A stretch of DNA of 64,000 bases from Candidatus Krumholzibacteriia bacterium. GTDB taxonomy: Bacteria > Krumholzibacteriota > Krumholzibacteriia > Krumholzibacteriales > Krumholzibacteriaceae. The stretch's first letter is position 1. Each line of letters starts with the position of its first letter. Both the position numbers and the translations under genes were made by a program. Shown here one piece after another: positions 27,270-38,067 of this stretch. The notes beneath the pieces are model-generated. The model searched no databases and was not told the DNA's origin. It saw nothing but the letters and a program-made list of their open reading frames with translations. The stretch lies in NCBI GenBank assembly GCA_963836185.1, contig CAWIIQ010000001.1:288001-352000 (forward strand), in the 5' to 3' direction.

Positions 27270-29261
27270 TCAATCGGCCGGAGTGGTGACGATCTCTTTC
27301 CTGATATCGTCGAGAAGGCTCTCGGGAAGGCCGGGATCGATGCTTCGCGCCGCGTCGACATGCCTTCTCGCGCTGTCGATGTCGCCGAAGGCTACAAATG
27401 CCTTCGCCAGGTTGACGTGCAGTACGGGATTCGCCGGTTCCAGCTCGACGGCTTGAAGGTAGCTGCCGACCGCTTCACGTGCCCTTCCCGTGACGAGGTA
27501 GATATATCCGAGGTTCTGCAACACCTTGACGGAAGAGGGATCGACTTCAAGAGCCCTTTTGAAATACGGCTCAGCTTCAGCGGGTCGTCCGAGATAGAGA
27601 TACGAGACTCCTGAATTGTAAAGGGCCTCAAAATGCCCGCCCTGCCTTTCGAGGACCTTGAAGTACTGTTCGAGCGCCGCGCCGTGCTTGCCGAGGCCCG
27701 AATACATCTCGCCGGCATAGTAGCTGTACTTCACGTTCCCCGGATCGTATACGGCGGCCCGGCCGTAGAACTGGATCGCCTGCAGAGTCTTTCCGTGGTG
27801 ACGGTAATACTGGCCGAGAGTGCTGTGCCCGTAACCTTTCGCCCGGTTGCTCCAGTAACCGTTGTCGCACATGTCGACGAACCGTTCCTCAGATTTGACG
27901 AGGTCGGAGTTGAGGATGATCCATGGCGCCGTATGCGTGATGATGACCGCAGCGATCAGGATGGTGAATTCACCGCGCCTTTTCGGGAATACGTCCCGGA
28001 TCAGGATCGCGATCCACAGGACCATCGGGATCGCGAGTGGAGAGAAGAGGTCCCAGTCCCTGCTCGTCCCGATGATCTTGTTGAAGGCGATGAAAGCGAG
28101 GAAATAGAAAAGGGCGCAGGTCGCCAGAAAGATGCGCTCGCGGGATCCTCCTTTGTGGCCCCTGACAAGCAGGACAGGCAGCAGGACCGCAAGCGGAACG
28201 ATCAGGAGGAGCTCATTGACATTGTCAAATAACGCGCGCAGCGAGAAGATCGGATATGCGACGTCCTGATTCGAATGCGAGCCGAACAGGGGGAGGAAAT
28301 GCTCGCTGAAGAATCCGCCGAACGCTCCCGTTGCCTGAAGTGCCCAGAGAGCGCCGAATCCCGCCGCGATGACTGCGATGAGGAAAATCTTCAACTGCTT
28401 TCTGTCGATATCCTTACCAGCGTGGTAATGCAGCAGGATCAGCAGCCCGGGCAGAAGCGCGATGGCCGAGAGGTGCAGGATGACAGTTGCGAGGAAAGCC
28501 ATTACAGCCGCAATGATCGATCCGCCGCGCCGCATCCACCTGAGCGCGAAAAAGATGAATGCCATCACGCCCGCCGCTAAAGGCGGGTATGTCTCGACGT
28601 ATCCGAAGAAGAGCATGATCGTTCCGCAGGAGAACAGGGATGCGATCAGCAGGATATAATCCCCTCGCTTCTCCGCGAGGAGCTTGGCAGTCTTGTGGGC
28701 GAAGACGATAAAGACCAGTCCCGCGAGGATGCTCGTTATCGCCGATGACATGACGGGATTGATCTCGCCGAAGATCCGCGCGTCATTCAGCCCGCGATAG
28801 ATGCCCCTATACAGCCAGGTCGACACCGGTTCGCGGAATACGATGTCACCCATAAGATGGTTGGCCCAGAGGAAACCGTCGCCGAGGAAGTGTGTGGCGT
28901 TACTGAATCTCCAGAAGATCGCGGCGGCGGATGCTAGACAGACGAGGGACAGCAGGGCCGCTCTTCCCCACGGCCTCTCTTTCGTCGCGAATCCATCGAT
29001 CCACTCGGCCGGCCGCGCGAGGATCCTGCTGACCGGGACCTGCAGCAGAAGGATGCCCGCTACGAGAAGTGTCCGTGCCAGCCATTCCGGGATGTACTGC
29101 CACTGGTCCAGCCCCCATGGATGAAGGTCCTTGAACAGAAAGGGCAGGCCGTGAAGGATTATGAGCAGTCCCAGGACAAGCCTGACAGTAAGCAGCCCCC
29201 CCGTAAACAGTTTCGGCCTGCTGTGGTTCAGTTCTGGCTGCTTGTCTGCTATGACGTTCAT
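27270..29261 (-). CDS. Polytopic membrane protein (putative GT-C glycosyltransferase) with C-terminal TPR repeats
   Basis: About 12 TM segments with loop motifs 'HFLGDG', 'GYVETYP', 'RDWDLF'; C-terminal TPRs ('A...Y.RA...DP.N', 'YFKRALEVDP'). Confidence 0.65.
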   Translation of the reverse strand: MNVIADKQPELNHSRPKLFTGGLLTVRLVLGLLIILHGLPFLFKDLHPWGLDQWQYIPEWLARTLLVAGILLLQVPVSRILARPAEWIDGFATKERPWGRAALLSLVCLASAAAIFWRFSNATHFLGDGFLWANHLMGDIVFREPVSTWLYRGIYRGLNDARIFGEINPVMSSAITSILAGLVFIVFAHKTAKLLAEKRGDYILLIASLFSCGTIMLFFGYVETYPPLAAGVMAFIFFALRWMRRGGSIIAAVMAFLATVILHLSAIALLPGLLILLHYHAGKDIDRKQLKIFLIAVIAAGFGALWALQATGAFGGFFSEHFLPLFGSHSNQDVAYPIFSLRALFDNVNELLLIVPLAVLLPVLLVRGHKGGSRERIFLATCALFYFLAFIAFNKIIGTSRDWDLFSPLAIPMVLWIAILIRDVFPKRRGEFTILIAAVIITHTAPWIILNSDLVKSEERFVDMCDNGYWSNRAKGYGHSTLGQYYRHHGKTLQAIQFYGRAAVYDPGNVKYSYYAGEMYSGLGKHGAALEQYFKVLERQGGHFEALYNSGVSYLYLGRPAEAEPYFKRALEVDPSSVKVLQNLGYIYLVTGRAREAVGSYLQAVELEPANPVLHVNLAKAFVAFGDIDSARRHVDAARSIDPGLPESLLDDIRKEIVTTPAD

Positions 29262-29441
29262 CCTCCCGTGAATTTGTCGATAATCCTAAATGCACAGGGA
29301 CTTTTCGTCAACATCGATGAGGTGCGGCTGCATGCATCATGGAAAAGTACCCTAAGTGTTTCGATAAAGTGGGGGATTATCCTCAAAAAATATCCGCCTC
29401 GAAATTCGGATCGGGATTGGTGTTCGAAAACACGCCTTACG

Positions 29442-29499
29442 AATCAACAGGTTAAAATGAAGTGTAAATTAGATGTGTAGGATTGGCATGATACTTCCT
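29442..29499 (+). promoter_or_regulatory. IHF site plus sigma54-like promoter upstream of the giant Ig-repeat gene
   Basis: AATCAACAGGTTA (exact IHF consensus); TGGCATGATACTTCCT has a good -24 element but CC instead of GC at -12. Confidence 0.4.
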
Positions 29500-29731
29500 G
29501 CTGCCCGGGAGGGGGGATATCTATTTACGGATTATCCTTTAAATAGCTTCACGACTGTCGGCCGGTATCGGCCTGACTTTGGAGGTAATTTGAAACAGCT
29601 GTTACAGCACGGGCTGGAGTGTGACCTGTAGATAACAAGCAACCTTGATCCGCATACCGGCCAGGCACACAACGCAGATAAAAGCATCAGAAGGGAGGTA
29701 GGTATGTAAACGCTTCAGGAGGGGTCCTGCC

Positions 29732-32700
29732 ATGAGAAAATCTGTCGTTCTTCTCGTATTGTTTGGTCTTCTTTCAATCCCATTTTCACTCTCTGCCCAG
29801 ACCGGTGGCTACTCCACGATGGGTCTGTACACCGACGCGTCGGGCAATACGTCTGTTACATTCGTCGATCAATACGAACAATTTACCGTCTATCTCTTTG
29901 TCCAGCCAGGAGATAACGGCATGACCTGCACGGAATTCGCACTGGAGCACGATCCGGGCCTTACAATATCCGGGTATCAGGCGAATCCCGATGTCGCGTT
30001 GGAACTCGGGAGCTTCGAGACCGGCCTGAGCTCATGCATGGATGACTGCAGGGAAGACTGGACCCTGATGCACACGATAACCTTTCTCAGCATGACTTCG
30101 GAGCAGGCGGGAATAAGGATCGTCAGGCATCCGGATGCCGGTTACCACCAGGTAGCCAACTGTCTCTTCGACAGGGACATCGAGCCGGCGTTCGTCTATC
30201 CTGATGTCTGCATCAATCAGGTATGTATGCCGGACGAAGAACCTCCATCCGTGACGGATGTCGCTATTCTTTCCGAAACGGAGATCCAGCTGCGGATGAG
30301 TGAGCGGATCTTTCTTCCAGATGCAGTTAATCGTTTGAATTACCTGATATATAAACAGAGCGACAGCTCGGAGATCCTTCCTGTACTCGATGCTGGACTA
30401 AGCGGGGACGACGACCATATCTGGATACGTTTCGGATCTCCCCTCGACAGCGAGGCCTGCGAACTCAGGCTGTCCGGACTGCGCGACATGGCCGGTAATG
30501 CGATCCCCTCGGGTACGACCGTGGTCTTCAACGAGACCGACATGATTCCTCCGTGGATTCAAAGCGCCCGGGCGGCCGACGACTCGACCGTGGTGGTCGT
30601 ATTCAATGAGCAGGTAGCGCCTGCTTCGGCCTCCGACTCCGGTAATTACAGCGTGGTGTCTCTGCTCACGGGCGAGACGGTGCCTGTCGACTCGGCGCAG
30701 CTTCAGGCTGACGGCGTCACGGCCGTCCTGCGTCTCAGCAGGCCCATGGAGCGTGGAGTCGTTCATGAAGTAACCGCGGGCGGGATCCAGGACCTCTCGG
30801 GAAATATACTTGCTGCCGGCTCGAAGAGCTTCATGTCTATCGACGATGTTCCACCTCTTCTGAGCGGTGTCTTTGTGGACGCGGAAAGTTATCTGAGGAT
30901 CGTCTATAACGAGGCGATGGACCCTGTCTCTTCAGCCTCCATCGGGAACTACGCGATCTTCAGGGCCGGAGACCCGGACTCCGGCATCACGATAGAGGCA
31001 GCTACGGCCTCCAATGATTCATCGGTCATCCTCCATCTTGCAGAAGGGCTCGAGAGCGAGACACTCTATTCTCTCGCCGTAAATGGAGCGATGGACAGTT
31101 CCCTGAACATGATCGTGCCGGATACCTTCGAGTTTTCATATCCCGATACGATTCCGCCGCTATTTCTTTCGGCGGTCTCTGTCGGTGGAATGACTGTCGA
31201 GCTTGGTTTCAGCGAGGAACTGGACGCTGATGCGGCGACAAACGCAGCTGCCTACAGGCTGTATGCCGATAACACTCCTTCCGTCCTCCTGCCGGTCGAC
31301 TCCATCGAACTGATGTCCGGCGCATCGTTGGTACGTCTCCACCTGGGAGTGGAGATGGTCTTGAACGGAAGATACACCGTGTTCGCCAACAGTCTTGCCG
31401 ACCGGCACGGCAATATCATGCAGGCGGAGCAGGGCCGGCATTTCACTCATGTCGAGAGAGTGCCTCCCGTGGTGACTGGAGTCGCCGTGAAGAGCCCCGG
31501 CCTGCTGAGGGTCGAGTTCAACGAACCTCTCTATAATGCGACTGTGGGCGACCTCGCCAATTATGTGATCTTCGAAGAGGGTGATACGGCAGCAAGGATG
31601 AATGTCGTATCGGCGGATCAGAGCTACGCTGCCGGCACGATCACCCTGGGCGTCTATCCGTCTTTCTCCGACAATATCTTCTACGAACTGTGTGTTTCCG
31701 GGATCAGCGATCTGGCGAGAAACGGTATAGACCCCGATACATCATACGTCTTCTACGGACGCGACGCGGTGCAGCCGGAGCTTGAAGATTACCTGGTTGA
31801 AAATGAGAACGCGGTGATCCTGACCTTCGATGAGGCGATGGATCCCCAGTCGCTAGTCGATCCCGATCTATACTCATTTTACAGGTCCGGTGATCCTTCC
31901 GCCGTACTGGCGACAGGGACCGTTACGATCCAGGGCGACAGGTCTGTGAGAGTCGAAACCGCCGAAATGCCTGTACCACAGGAGATGTACACTCTGCATA
32001 TCGTCAATGTAATGGACGCTGCCCTCAATGTCATCGTGCCGATAACGATCGACATCTCATTCAGCGACGACATTCCGCCGGTATTGACCGGCGCAGAGCC
32101 ACTGTCGGTTCAGACCGTTCGGCTGGAGTTCAGTGAGGTCCTGCACCCGGAATCAGCCGCCGATGCCGGCAACTACAGGGTCTGCCTCGCCGGGTCCGCT
32201 TCCATGGCCGTTCCAGTCATCACAGCGGAAAGGTCAGAAGACGGGAGCATAGTGATCCTTCGACTTGGCGGGTCACTCGAGCCTGGCAGAACATACAGGG
32301 TTGATGTGATCGGCATATTCGACATGTACGGCAACGTGCTATCCATAACGCAAATGGCAGAGTTTTTTATGGATGATGACGAACTGCCCTATGTTACGGA
32401 TGTGTCCGTAGTGCACATGCTCGAGATTCTTGTAACCTTCAACGAGGCACTTGCAACGGTAGGAGCGGAGGACGCCGCGAGCTACACATTATTTATTGCC
32501 GGTGACACCGCGAATGCCCTCGATGTCGAAGAGGCCCGTATCAGAGGCGATCTGAGGGCCGTATCGCTAAAGCCGATGCAGCTTATGATTCCCGGGACCG
32601 CCTATCTGCTGCGCGTCTCGGGTGTGAGCGATCTGTCGGGTAACCAGACTGACCCGGATACACTTTACGAATTCCTGGCTGCGGACGACGCGCCGCCGGA

Positions 32701-34996
32701 GCTTGCCGGTCTTGTGACATCGGGTGACAGTGTGGTCACCCTGACATTCTCGGAACCCCTCGAACCTGCCTCCGTGGCGGGACCGGGCAACATCACGATA
32801 ACGGACTCCAGGGATCATCTGGTGACGCTGGCGATAGATTCGATCGGACAAGCAGGTGAGGGAAAGGTAGTCACTCTCGTGCTGGTCGATCACGCGGTGG
32901 TGGGCCTGCCTTACATCCTTGGCATCGCCGGCATCATGGATCTCGCCGGGAATCCGATAGTTCCTGTGCAGGAGGAGTTTTCCTTCATCGGGGGAACCGA
33001 CGACCCCCCGCGCGCAGTCTTTGCCGAGGCCACGGGGAACAACGATGTGATAGTGCATTTCGACAAGCAGCTGGAAAGGGCGTCAGCTGAAATCGATTCG
33101 AACTACTATCTCTACCAGGCAGTGGACCCCATGACCAGAAGGCGCGTCGATGATTCGCGGCTTCTCGCCGACGGATCCTCAGTGCAGCTCACACTGGAGA
33201 AGGGACTGCTCGATAACATATATTTCACCATTGTCATCAGCGACGTTCGGGATATTTACGGTAACAGCATCGAGCCGGGAAGCGAGACAGGGCTATTGTA
33301 TGTCGACCAGTACCTCCCGGAATTCAAGGCGGCCTACTATCGTTCGGACAGGCAGATAAAGTTGATGTTCGACGAGATCGTCGCCCCGACCTCTTCGATT
33401 GTCCCGGACAATTATACCATCTGCCGGATGGACGATCCCGATTCAAGGATCGCCGTGGACAATATCCAGTGCTTTGGCGCGTATGTATTGATCAATACTG
33501 CTGAAGCGCTTTCCTATCGTTCCTGGAGCCCGAGTTCAATACCGGCCGGCATCGATTCACTCGCCGCGGGTGAAGAAAGGGAGATGCTTACGTGTTACCA
33601 GTCCTGGTACACGATCACCGGACGCAATATCGAGGACACGGCCGGCAACGTCATGCAGCCGGAAAGCTCTGTCGATCTGAGATTTCAGGACATTTATCCG
33701 CCTGAACTGCTCTCCATACGTGTCCTCCCGGAGAGGGACATCTACCTGACCTTCGGCGAGGCGCTGGCGAGCTACAGTGCGACCAACCCCGGGCGGTACT
33801 CTGTCGGCCAGGTCGATCACCCTGAGCCGGTGATCGAGGTCGAGTCCGTCGAATATCTCGGCCGGTTCGTCATACTTCGGCTTGCCGGGTCCCTGGCTGC
33901 CGGAGAGTACGAGATGCGGATCACAGGTCTCAATGACTATGCCGGCAATTACCTTCCCGATTCGAGTTGGAGCTTCACGGCGGGAGGCGGCGCTGCAGGC
34001 GCCATGATCGGACTCTATGTGGACGACCAGCGGTCGGAAGGCGCGTTGAATGTCACCGGCCCTTACAAGACCTTCAGCTACTATGTGTGGTGCAGGGGAG
34101 GCGAGAACGGGATGTCGGAGGTCAGGTACGCTATCCGGGATCCTTATCTCTATGACGTGACGGCTGTCACCGTGAATGACGCGGCAGTTGCAGTCGCGAC
34201 AGGATTTCCGATCGATCTCGGAAGCGTTGTAAGCCTGGACGGCTGCCAGGAAGGCTGGGTCTGGACGCACCGCATCGACTGCATCTCCGTCGCAGAGGGA
34301 GAGGAGTTCATCAGCGTGGTTCCGCTCTACGGATCGGGGGAACTTGGGATCACCAACTGCCTCTACGGCGATCCCTCCGAGAGCGCGATTGCCGGAGACA
34401 GCATATATCTCTTTATCGACTCGCCGCTTGCCACACTGCTCGAGCAGTGGGACGCCGGGTACAGGCAGGGAGCGATCGAGCTCACGTGGTCGATTGCCGA
34501 GACGGACGAAGTTCCAGCCTTCAAGGTAATGCGCGGAGCGGAAGGCACGGAAGAATTCGTTGAACTTCCTCCGGACATAATCCGGCGCGACTGGCTTGAC
34601 TTCAAGGTGACGGATACGGGATTCAGGCATGGGGATTCATACCGGTACAGAGTCACAATGAGTGAAGACGGAGGGGATGTGATTCTGTTCGAGACAGGCG
34701 TTATATCGACACCCGAGCTTCCGCTGACCCTGCGCCAGAATGTGCCGAACCCGTTCAATCCGTCGACCACGATCTTCTATCATCTGCCCGAGATGTGCGC
34801 CGTCTCGCTCGATGTCTACGATGTGGCGGGAAGGCATATCGTAAGCCTCGCCAGCGGGACACAGGCAGCAGGGGATCACGCAGTCACATGGAACGGGGCC
34901 GATGGAAAGGGCAGCTCGGTCGGCAGCGGCGTCTATTTCTACGCGCTGCGGGCCGGGAAAGATGAGTTGACCAGGAAGATGATCCTATTGAGGTGA
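29732..34996 (+). CDS. Large surface protein: 12 tandem Ig-like (Big_5-like) repeats between two homologous Cys-containing domains, with T9SS/FlgD-Ig CTD
   Basis: AGGAGG SD; signal peptide; 12 'F.E.....A....NY...D..GN' repeats; 'GLY.D' domains at both ends; 'QNVPNPFNP...KMILLR'. Confidence 0.88.
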   Translation: MRKSVVLLVLFGLLSIPFSLSAQTGGYSTMGLYTDASGNTSVTFVDQYEQFTVYLFVQPGDNGMTCTEFALEHDPGLTISGYQANPDVALELGSFETGLSSCMDDCREDWTLMHTITFLSMTSEQAGIRIVRHPDAGYHQVANCLFDRDIEPAFVYPDVCINQVCMPDEEPPSVTDVAILSETEIQLRMSERIFLPDAVNRLNYLIYKQSDSSEILPVLDAGLSGDDDHIWIRFGSPLDSEACELRLSGLRDMAGNAIPSGTTVVFNETDMIPPWIQSARAADDSTVVVVFNEQVAPASASDSGNYSVVSLLTGETVPVDSAQLQADGVTAVLRLSRPMERGVVHEVTAGGIQDLSGNILAAGSKSFMSIDDVPPLLSGVFVDAESYLRIVYNEAMDPVSSASIGNYAIFRAGDPDSGITIEAATASNDSSVILHLAEGLESETLYSLAVNGAMDSSLNMIVPDTFEFSYPDTIPPLFLSAVSVGGMTVELGFSEELDADAATNAAAYRLYADNTPSVLLPVDSIELMSGASLVRLHLGVEMVLNGRYTVFANSLADRHGNIMQAEQGRHFTHVERVPPVVTGVAVKSPGLLRVEFNEPLYNATVGDLANYVIFEEGDTAARMNVVSADQSYAAGTITLGVYPSFSDNIFYELCVSGISDLARNGIDPDTSYVFYGRDAVQPELEDYLVENENAVILTFDEAMDPQSLVDPDLYSFYRSGDPSAVLATGTVTIQGDRSVRVETAEMPVPQEMYTLHIVNVMDAALNVIVPITIDISFSDDIPPVLTGAEPLSVQTVRLEFSEVLHPESAADAGNYRVCLAGSASMAVPVITAERSEDGSIVILRLGGSLEPGRTYRVDVIGIFDMYGNVLSITQMAEFFMDDDELPYVTDVSVVHMLEILVTFNEALATVGAEDAASYTLFIAGDTANALDVEEARIRGDLRAVSLKPMQLMIPGTAYLLRVSGVSDLSGNQTDPDTLYEFLAADDAPPELAGLVTSGDSVVTLTFSEPLEPASVAGPGNITITDSRDHLVTLAIDSIGQAGEGKVVTLVLVDHAVVGLPYILGIAGIMDLAGNPIVPVQEEFSFIGGTDDPPRAVFAEATGNNDVIVHFDKQLERASAEIDSNYYLYQAVDPMTRRRVDDSRLLADGSSVQLTLEKGLLDNIYFTIVISDVRDIYGNSIEPGSETGLLYVDQYLPEFKAAYYRSDRQIKLMFDEIVAPTSSIVPDNYTICRMDDPDSRIAVDNIQCFGAYVLINTAEALSYRSWSPSSIPAGIDSLAAGEEREMLTCYQSWYTITGRNIEDTAGNVMQPESSVDLRFQDIYPPELLSIRVLPERDIYLTFGEALASYSATNPGRYSVGQVDHPEPVIEVESVEYLGRFVILRLAGSLAAGEYEMRITGLNDYAGNYLPDSSWSFTAGGGAAGAMIGLYVDDQRSEGALNVTGPYKTFSYYVWCRGGENGMSEVRYAIRDPYLYDVTAVTVNDAAVAVATGFPIDLGSVVSLDGCQEGWVWTHRIDCISVAEGEEFISVVPLYGSGELGITNCLYGDPSESAIAGDSIYLFIDSPLATLLEQWDAGYRQGAIELTWSIAETDEVPAFKVMRGAEGTEEFVELPPDIIRRDWLDFKVTDTGFRHGDSYRYRVTMSEDGGDVILFETGVISTPELPLTLRQNVPNPFNPSTTIFYHLPEMCAVSLDVYDVAGRHIVSLASGTQAAGDHAVTWNGADGKGSSVGSGVYFYALRAGKDELTRKMILLR

Positions 34997-35058
34997 TCCT
35001 CGGCCGGTTGTTTAGGGTAGAGCTCAATCGAGGTCCAGCCGCATGGTGATTGAGTCTG

Positions 35059-36201
35059 TTATCTGGAGAAAATCGAAAGAAGCACTCCGGCCGCTACGGC
35101 GGAGCCGATGACTCCGGCGACGTTCGGACCCATCGCGTGCATGAGCAGGAAGCTGTCCGGTCTCGATTCGAGCCCCACCTTGTTGACGACGCGGGCCGCC
35201 ATGGGGACGGCCGAAACTCCTGCGGCACCGATCAGGGGATTTATCGGCTCCCTGGAGATCCGGTTCATCAACTTGCCGAGCAGGACTCCCGAAGCCGTTC
35301 CGACGGAAAAGGCGAACAATCCGAGGAACAGTATCCCGATCGTCTCGATATTGAGGAACTTGTCCGCCGCGAGCTTCGTGCCGATCGCGAGGCCGAGGAG
35401 TATTGTTACGATGTTGATCAGCGAACCCTGCATCGTCTTGGACAGGCGGTTGATGACCTTCGATTCCCGGGCCAGGTTGCCGAACATAAGCGATCCGATA
35501 AGCGGTGTCGCTGCCGGAATGAGCAGGATGCAGATCCCAAGGGTGACGAGGGGGAACACGATCTTCTCCCGCTGGCTGACGGGGCGAAGCTGTTTCATCT
35601 CGATCGATCGCTCTTTTTTCGATGTGAGAAGGCGCATGATCGGAGGTTGTATGACCGGGACCAGCGCCATGTATGAATAGGCCGCGACCGCTATCGATCC
35701 GAGAAGATGCGGAGAGAGACGTGATGACAGGAAGATGGCCGTCGGTCCGTCGGCCCCTCCGATGATAGCTATGGAGGCGGCATCCTCCATGCTGAAGTTG
35801 AGGCCGAGGTGCTGGTTCAGCGCGATCGCTCCGAGAAGGGAGGTGAAGATTCCGAACTGCGCGGCTGCTCCGAGGAGGGCCGTCTTCGGATTGGCGAGCA
35901 GAGGGCCGAAATCGGTCATTGCGCCGACCCCCATGAATATGAGCAGGGGGAAGACTCCGGTAGTGATACCGAAGGAATATATCATCCCGAGAAAACCTCC
36001 GGCTTCTGCGATGCCGGCGGCCGGTATGTTCGAAAGGATCCCTCCGAAGCCGATCGGAAGGAGGAGAAGGGGCTCGAATTTTCGGTACATCGCGAGATAG
36101 ATCAGCACGAGGCTGATCAGTATCATCGCAGCCTGGCCCCAGGTGAAGTTCGCAATGCCGGTCGAGGTCCACAGCTGATGAAAAGAGTCCAGGTAGATCA
36201 T
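35059..36201 (-). CDS. oadB: Na+-translocating decarboxylase beta subunit
   Basis: '[12 protein letters not shown]', 'GAMTDFGPL', '[11 protein letters not shown]', '[10 protein letters not shown]', '[14 protein letters not shown]'. Confidence 0.96.
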   Translation of the reverse strand: MIYLDSFHQLWTSTGIANFTWGQAAMILISLVLIYLAMYRKFEPLLLLPIGFGGILSNIPAAGIAEAGGFLGMIYSFGITTGVFPLLIFMGVGAMTDFGPLLANPKTALLGAAAQFGIFTSLLGAIALNQHLGLNFSMEDAASIAIIGGADGPTAIFLSSRLSPHLLGSIAVAAYSYMALVPVIQPPIMRLLTSKKERSIEMKQLRPVSQREKIVFPLVTLGICILLIPAATPLIGSLMFGNLARESKVINRLSKTMQGSLINIVTILLGLAIGTKLAADKFLNIETIGILFLGLFAFSVGTASGVLLGKLMNRISREPINPLIGAAGVSAVPMAARVVNKVGLESRPDSFLLMHAMGPNVAGVIGSAVAAGVLLSIFSR

Positions 36202-36226
36202 GCCGTCGTCCCCTGTCTGTGAACGC

Positions 36227-38062
36227 TCATTCGCTCAACCTCATGATTGTCTGCCCGGTCGCCAGGTGGTCGCCCCGGGATACTTCTATCGACGATACGA
36301 TCCCGTTGGCGGGCGACTTTATCTCGGTCTCCATCTTCATGACCTCGACGATCGCCAGTATCTCTCCGTATATGACGCTGTCGCCCATCTCGACGTTTAT
36401 CTTTATGATGATGCCCGGTATCGGGGAAGGCACCGAGATTGTCCCGGCACTGCTGTGCGATGGCGATTCGGCAGCAGCGGAAGAAGGCTCTGGCATCGAG
36501 CGGCCGGAGGGGCCTGCGCCCGCTCTTCCTGTTTTCCCCGCTCCTTCCTTCACGCCTATCGAGTACGGCTTTCCGTCCACAAGTGCCTTATCGCCATCCA
36601 GTGTGACCGAGTAGTCGTCCCCGTCGACGGTCACGGTGTAGCTGCGGTCCTTCTTCGTTTGGATCTTCCTTATGTTCTCCCGGGCCTCACCTTTCAGGAA
36701 AGCGATGCCCTTTTCCTCGCAGGTCGCCGCGATAAATATGTTTTCGTCCGACACGGGCAGTCCGGCCGCACCGAGCATCTTTTCAGCGGCGGCGACCCCT
36801 TTTTCGGGATCTTCATCGTTGATCAGCCGGGGGCTCCTGGTTGTCGGCTCCAGCCCAAGCTGCTCGACCGCAAGCCGCACGATCTCCGGGTCGGGTGGTA
36901 CCGGTGTTCTGCCGAAATAACCGAGCACCATCTTGCCGTACCCCTCCGCTATCTTCTTCCACGGGCCGAACATCACGTTGTCGAAGGCCTGTTGGAAGTA
37001 AAACTGGGAGACCGGGGTGACGGAGGTGCCGAAGCCGCCCCGGGCCACGACCTCTTCCATCGCGGTGATCACCTCGGGGAATCTGTCGAGCACGTCGTTG
37101 TCCCTCATCATCTGTGTGTTCGCAGTGAAGGCGCCGCCCGGCATCGGCGAAAACGGGATCACCGGCTCGACCCTTCTCGCCTCTGGAGGGAGGAAGTACT
37201 CTTTCATGCAGTCCTTGAAGACCCTCTCGGCCTCGAGCACCTTGTGGATATCGACATCGAGGGTGTAGTCCGAATCCCGCAGCGCCTGCCACATCGCGAC
37301 GACATCGGGCTGGCATGTCCCGCCGGAGACCGGGGCGAGAGAGAGGTCGATCGCGTCTGCGCCTCCCTCGATCGCGGCCAGGTAACAGGCGATGCTAGTT
37401 CCGGCAGTCTCGTGTGTGTGGAACCGCAGGGGCGTCCCCTCGGGGAGAACGGTCCTGGCCTTTCTGACAGTCTCGTATACGTTCCGCGGCGTCGCGGTGC
37501 CGGAGGCGTCCTTGAAACAGAGCGAGTCAAAGGGGATCCCCGCATCGAGGATATCCCTGAGGACCTTCATGTAAAACTCGGGGGTGTGGGCGCCCGTCAA
37601 TCCGGGCGGCAGCCCCATCAGGGATACACATATCTCGTGCCTGAGGCCCTCCTCGACGATGCAGCGGCCGGAGAAATCGAGATTGTCGACATCGTTGAGT
37701 GCATCGAAATTCCTTATTGTCGTGATCCCGTGTTTTTTGAACAGTTTCGCGTGAAGCCTTATGATGTCGCTGCTCTGCGATTCCAGGCCGACCACGTTGA
37801 TACCCCTCGCGAGGGTCTGCAGGTCGGCCCCGGGGCCGGCCGCCTCTCTGAAGGCATCCATCATCTCAAAGGCATCTTCGTTGCAGTAGAAGTAGAGGGA
37901 CTGGAACCGGGCCCCTCCGCCCGCCTCTAGATGAAGAAGCCCTGCGTCGACGGCGGCCTCGACAGCGGGCATGAAATCGGGGGTCAGGACCCTGCCGCCA
38001 TAGACGGACTGGAACCCGTCCCTGAATGCGGTCACCATCAATTCTATACGTTTCTTACCCAT
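36227..38062 (-). CDS. oadA: Oxaloacetate decarboxylase alpha / pyruvate carboxylase B-type carboxyltransferase with biotinyl domain
   Basis: 'RDGFQS', 'EAGGGARF', 'KDASG', 'HTHET', 'VTPVSQ', biotinylation site EVMKME; sits between gamma and beta subunit genes. Confidence 0.88.
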   Translation of the reverse strand: MGKKRIELMVTAFRDGFQSVYGGRVLTPDFMPAVEAAVDAGLLHLEAGGGARFQSLYFYCNEDAFEMMDAFREAAGPGADLQTLARGINVVGLESQSSDIIRLHAKLFKKHGITTIRNFDALNDVDNLDFSGRCIVEEGLRHEICVSLMGLPPGLTGAHTPEFYMKVLRDILDAGIPFDSLCFKDASGTATPRNVYETVRKARTVLPEGTPLRFHTHETAGTSIACYLAAIEGGADAIDLSLAPVSGGTCQPDVVAMWQALRDSDYTLDVDIHKVLEAERVFKDCMKEYFLPPEARRVEPVIPFSPMPGGAFTANTQMMRDNDVLDRFPEVITAMEEVVARGGFGTSVTPVSQFYFQQAFDNVMFGPWKKIAEGYGKMVLGYFGRTPVPPDPEIVRLAVEQLGLEPTTRSPRLINDEDPEKGVAAAEKMLGAAGLPVSDENIFIAATCEEKGIAFLKGEARENIRKIQTKKDRSYTVTVDGDDYSVTLDGDKALVDGKPYSIGVKEGAGKTGRAGAGPSGRSMPEPSSAAAESPSHSSAGTISVPSPIPGIIIKINVEMGDSVIYGEILAIVEVMKMETEIKSPANGIVSSIEVSRGDHLATGQTIMRLSE

Positions 38063-38067
38063 TGCTG

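Noticed and set aside
35024-37930. Long alternative ORFs (35024-36172 minus, 36200-37930 plus)
   Set aside because: Shadow frames of oadB and oadA caused by GC3 bias; low-complexity translations with no motifs.
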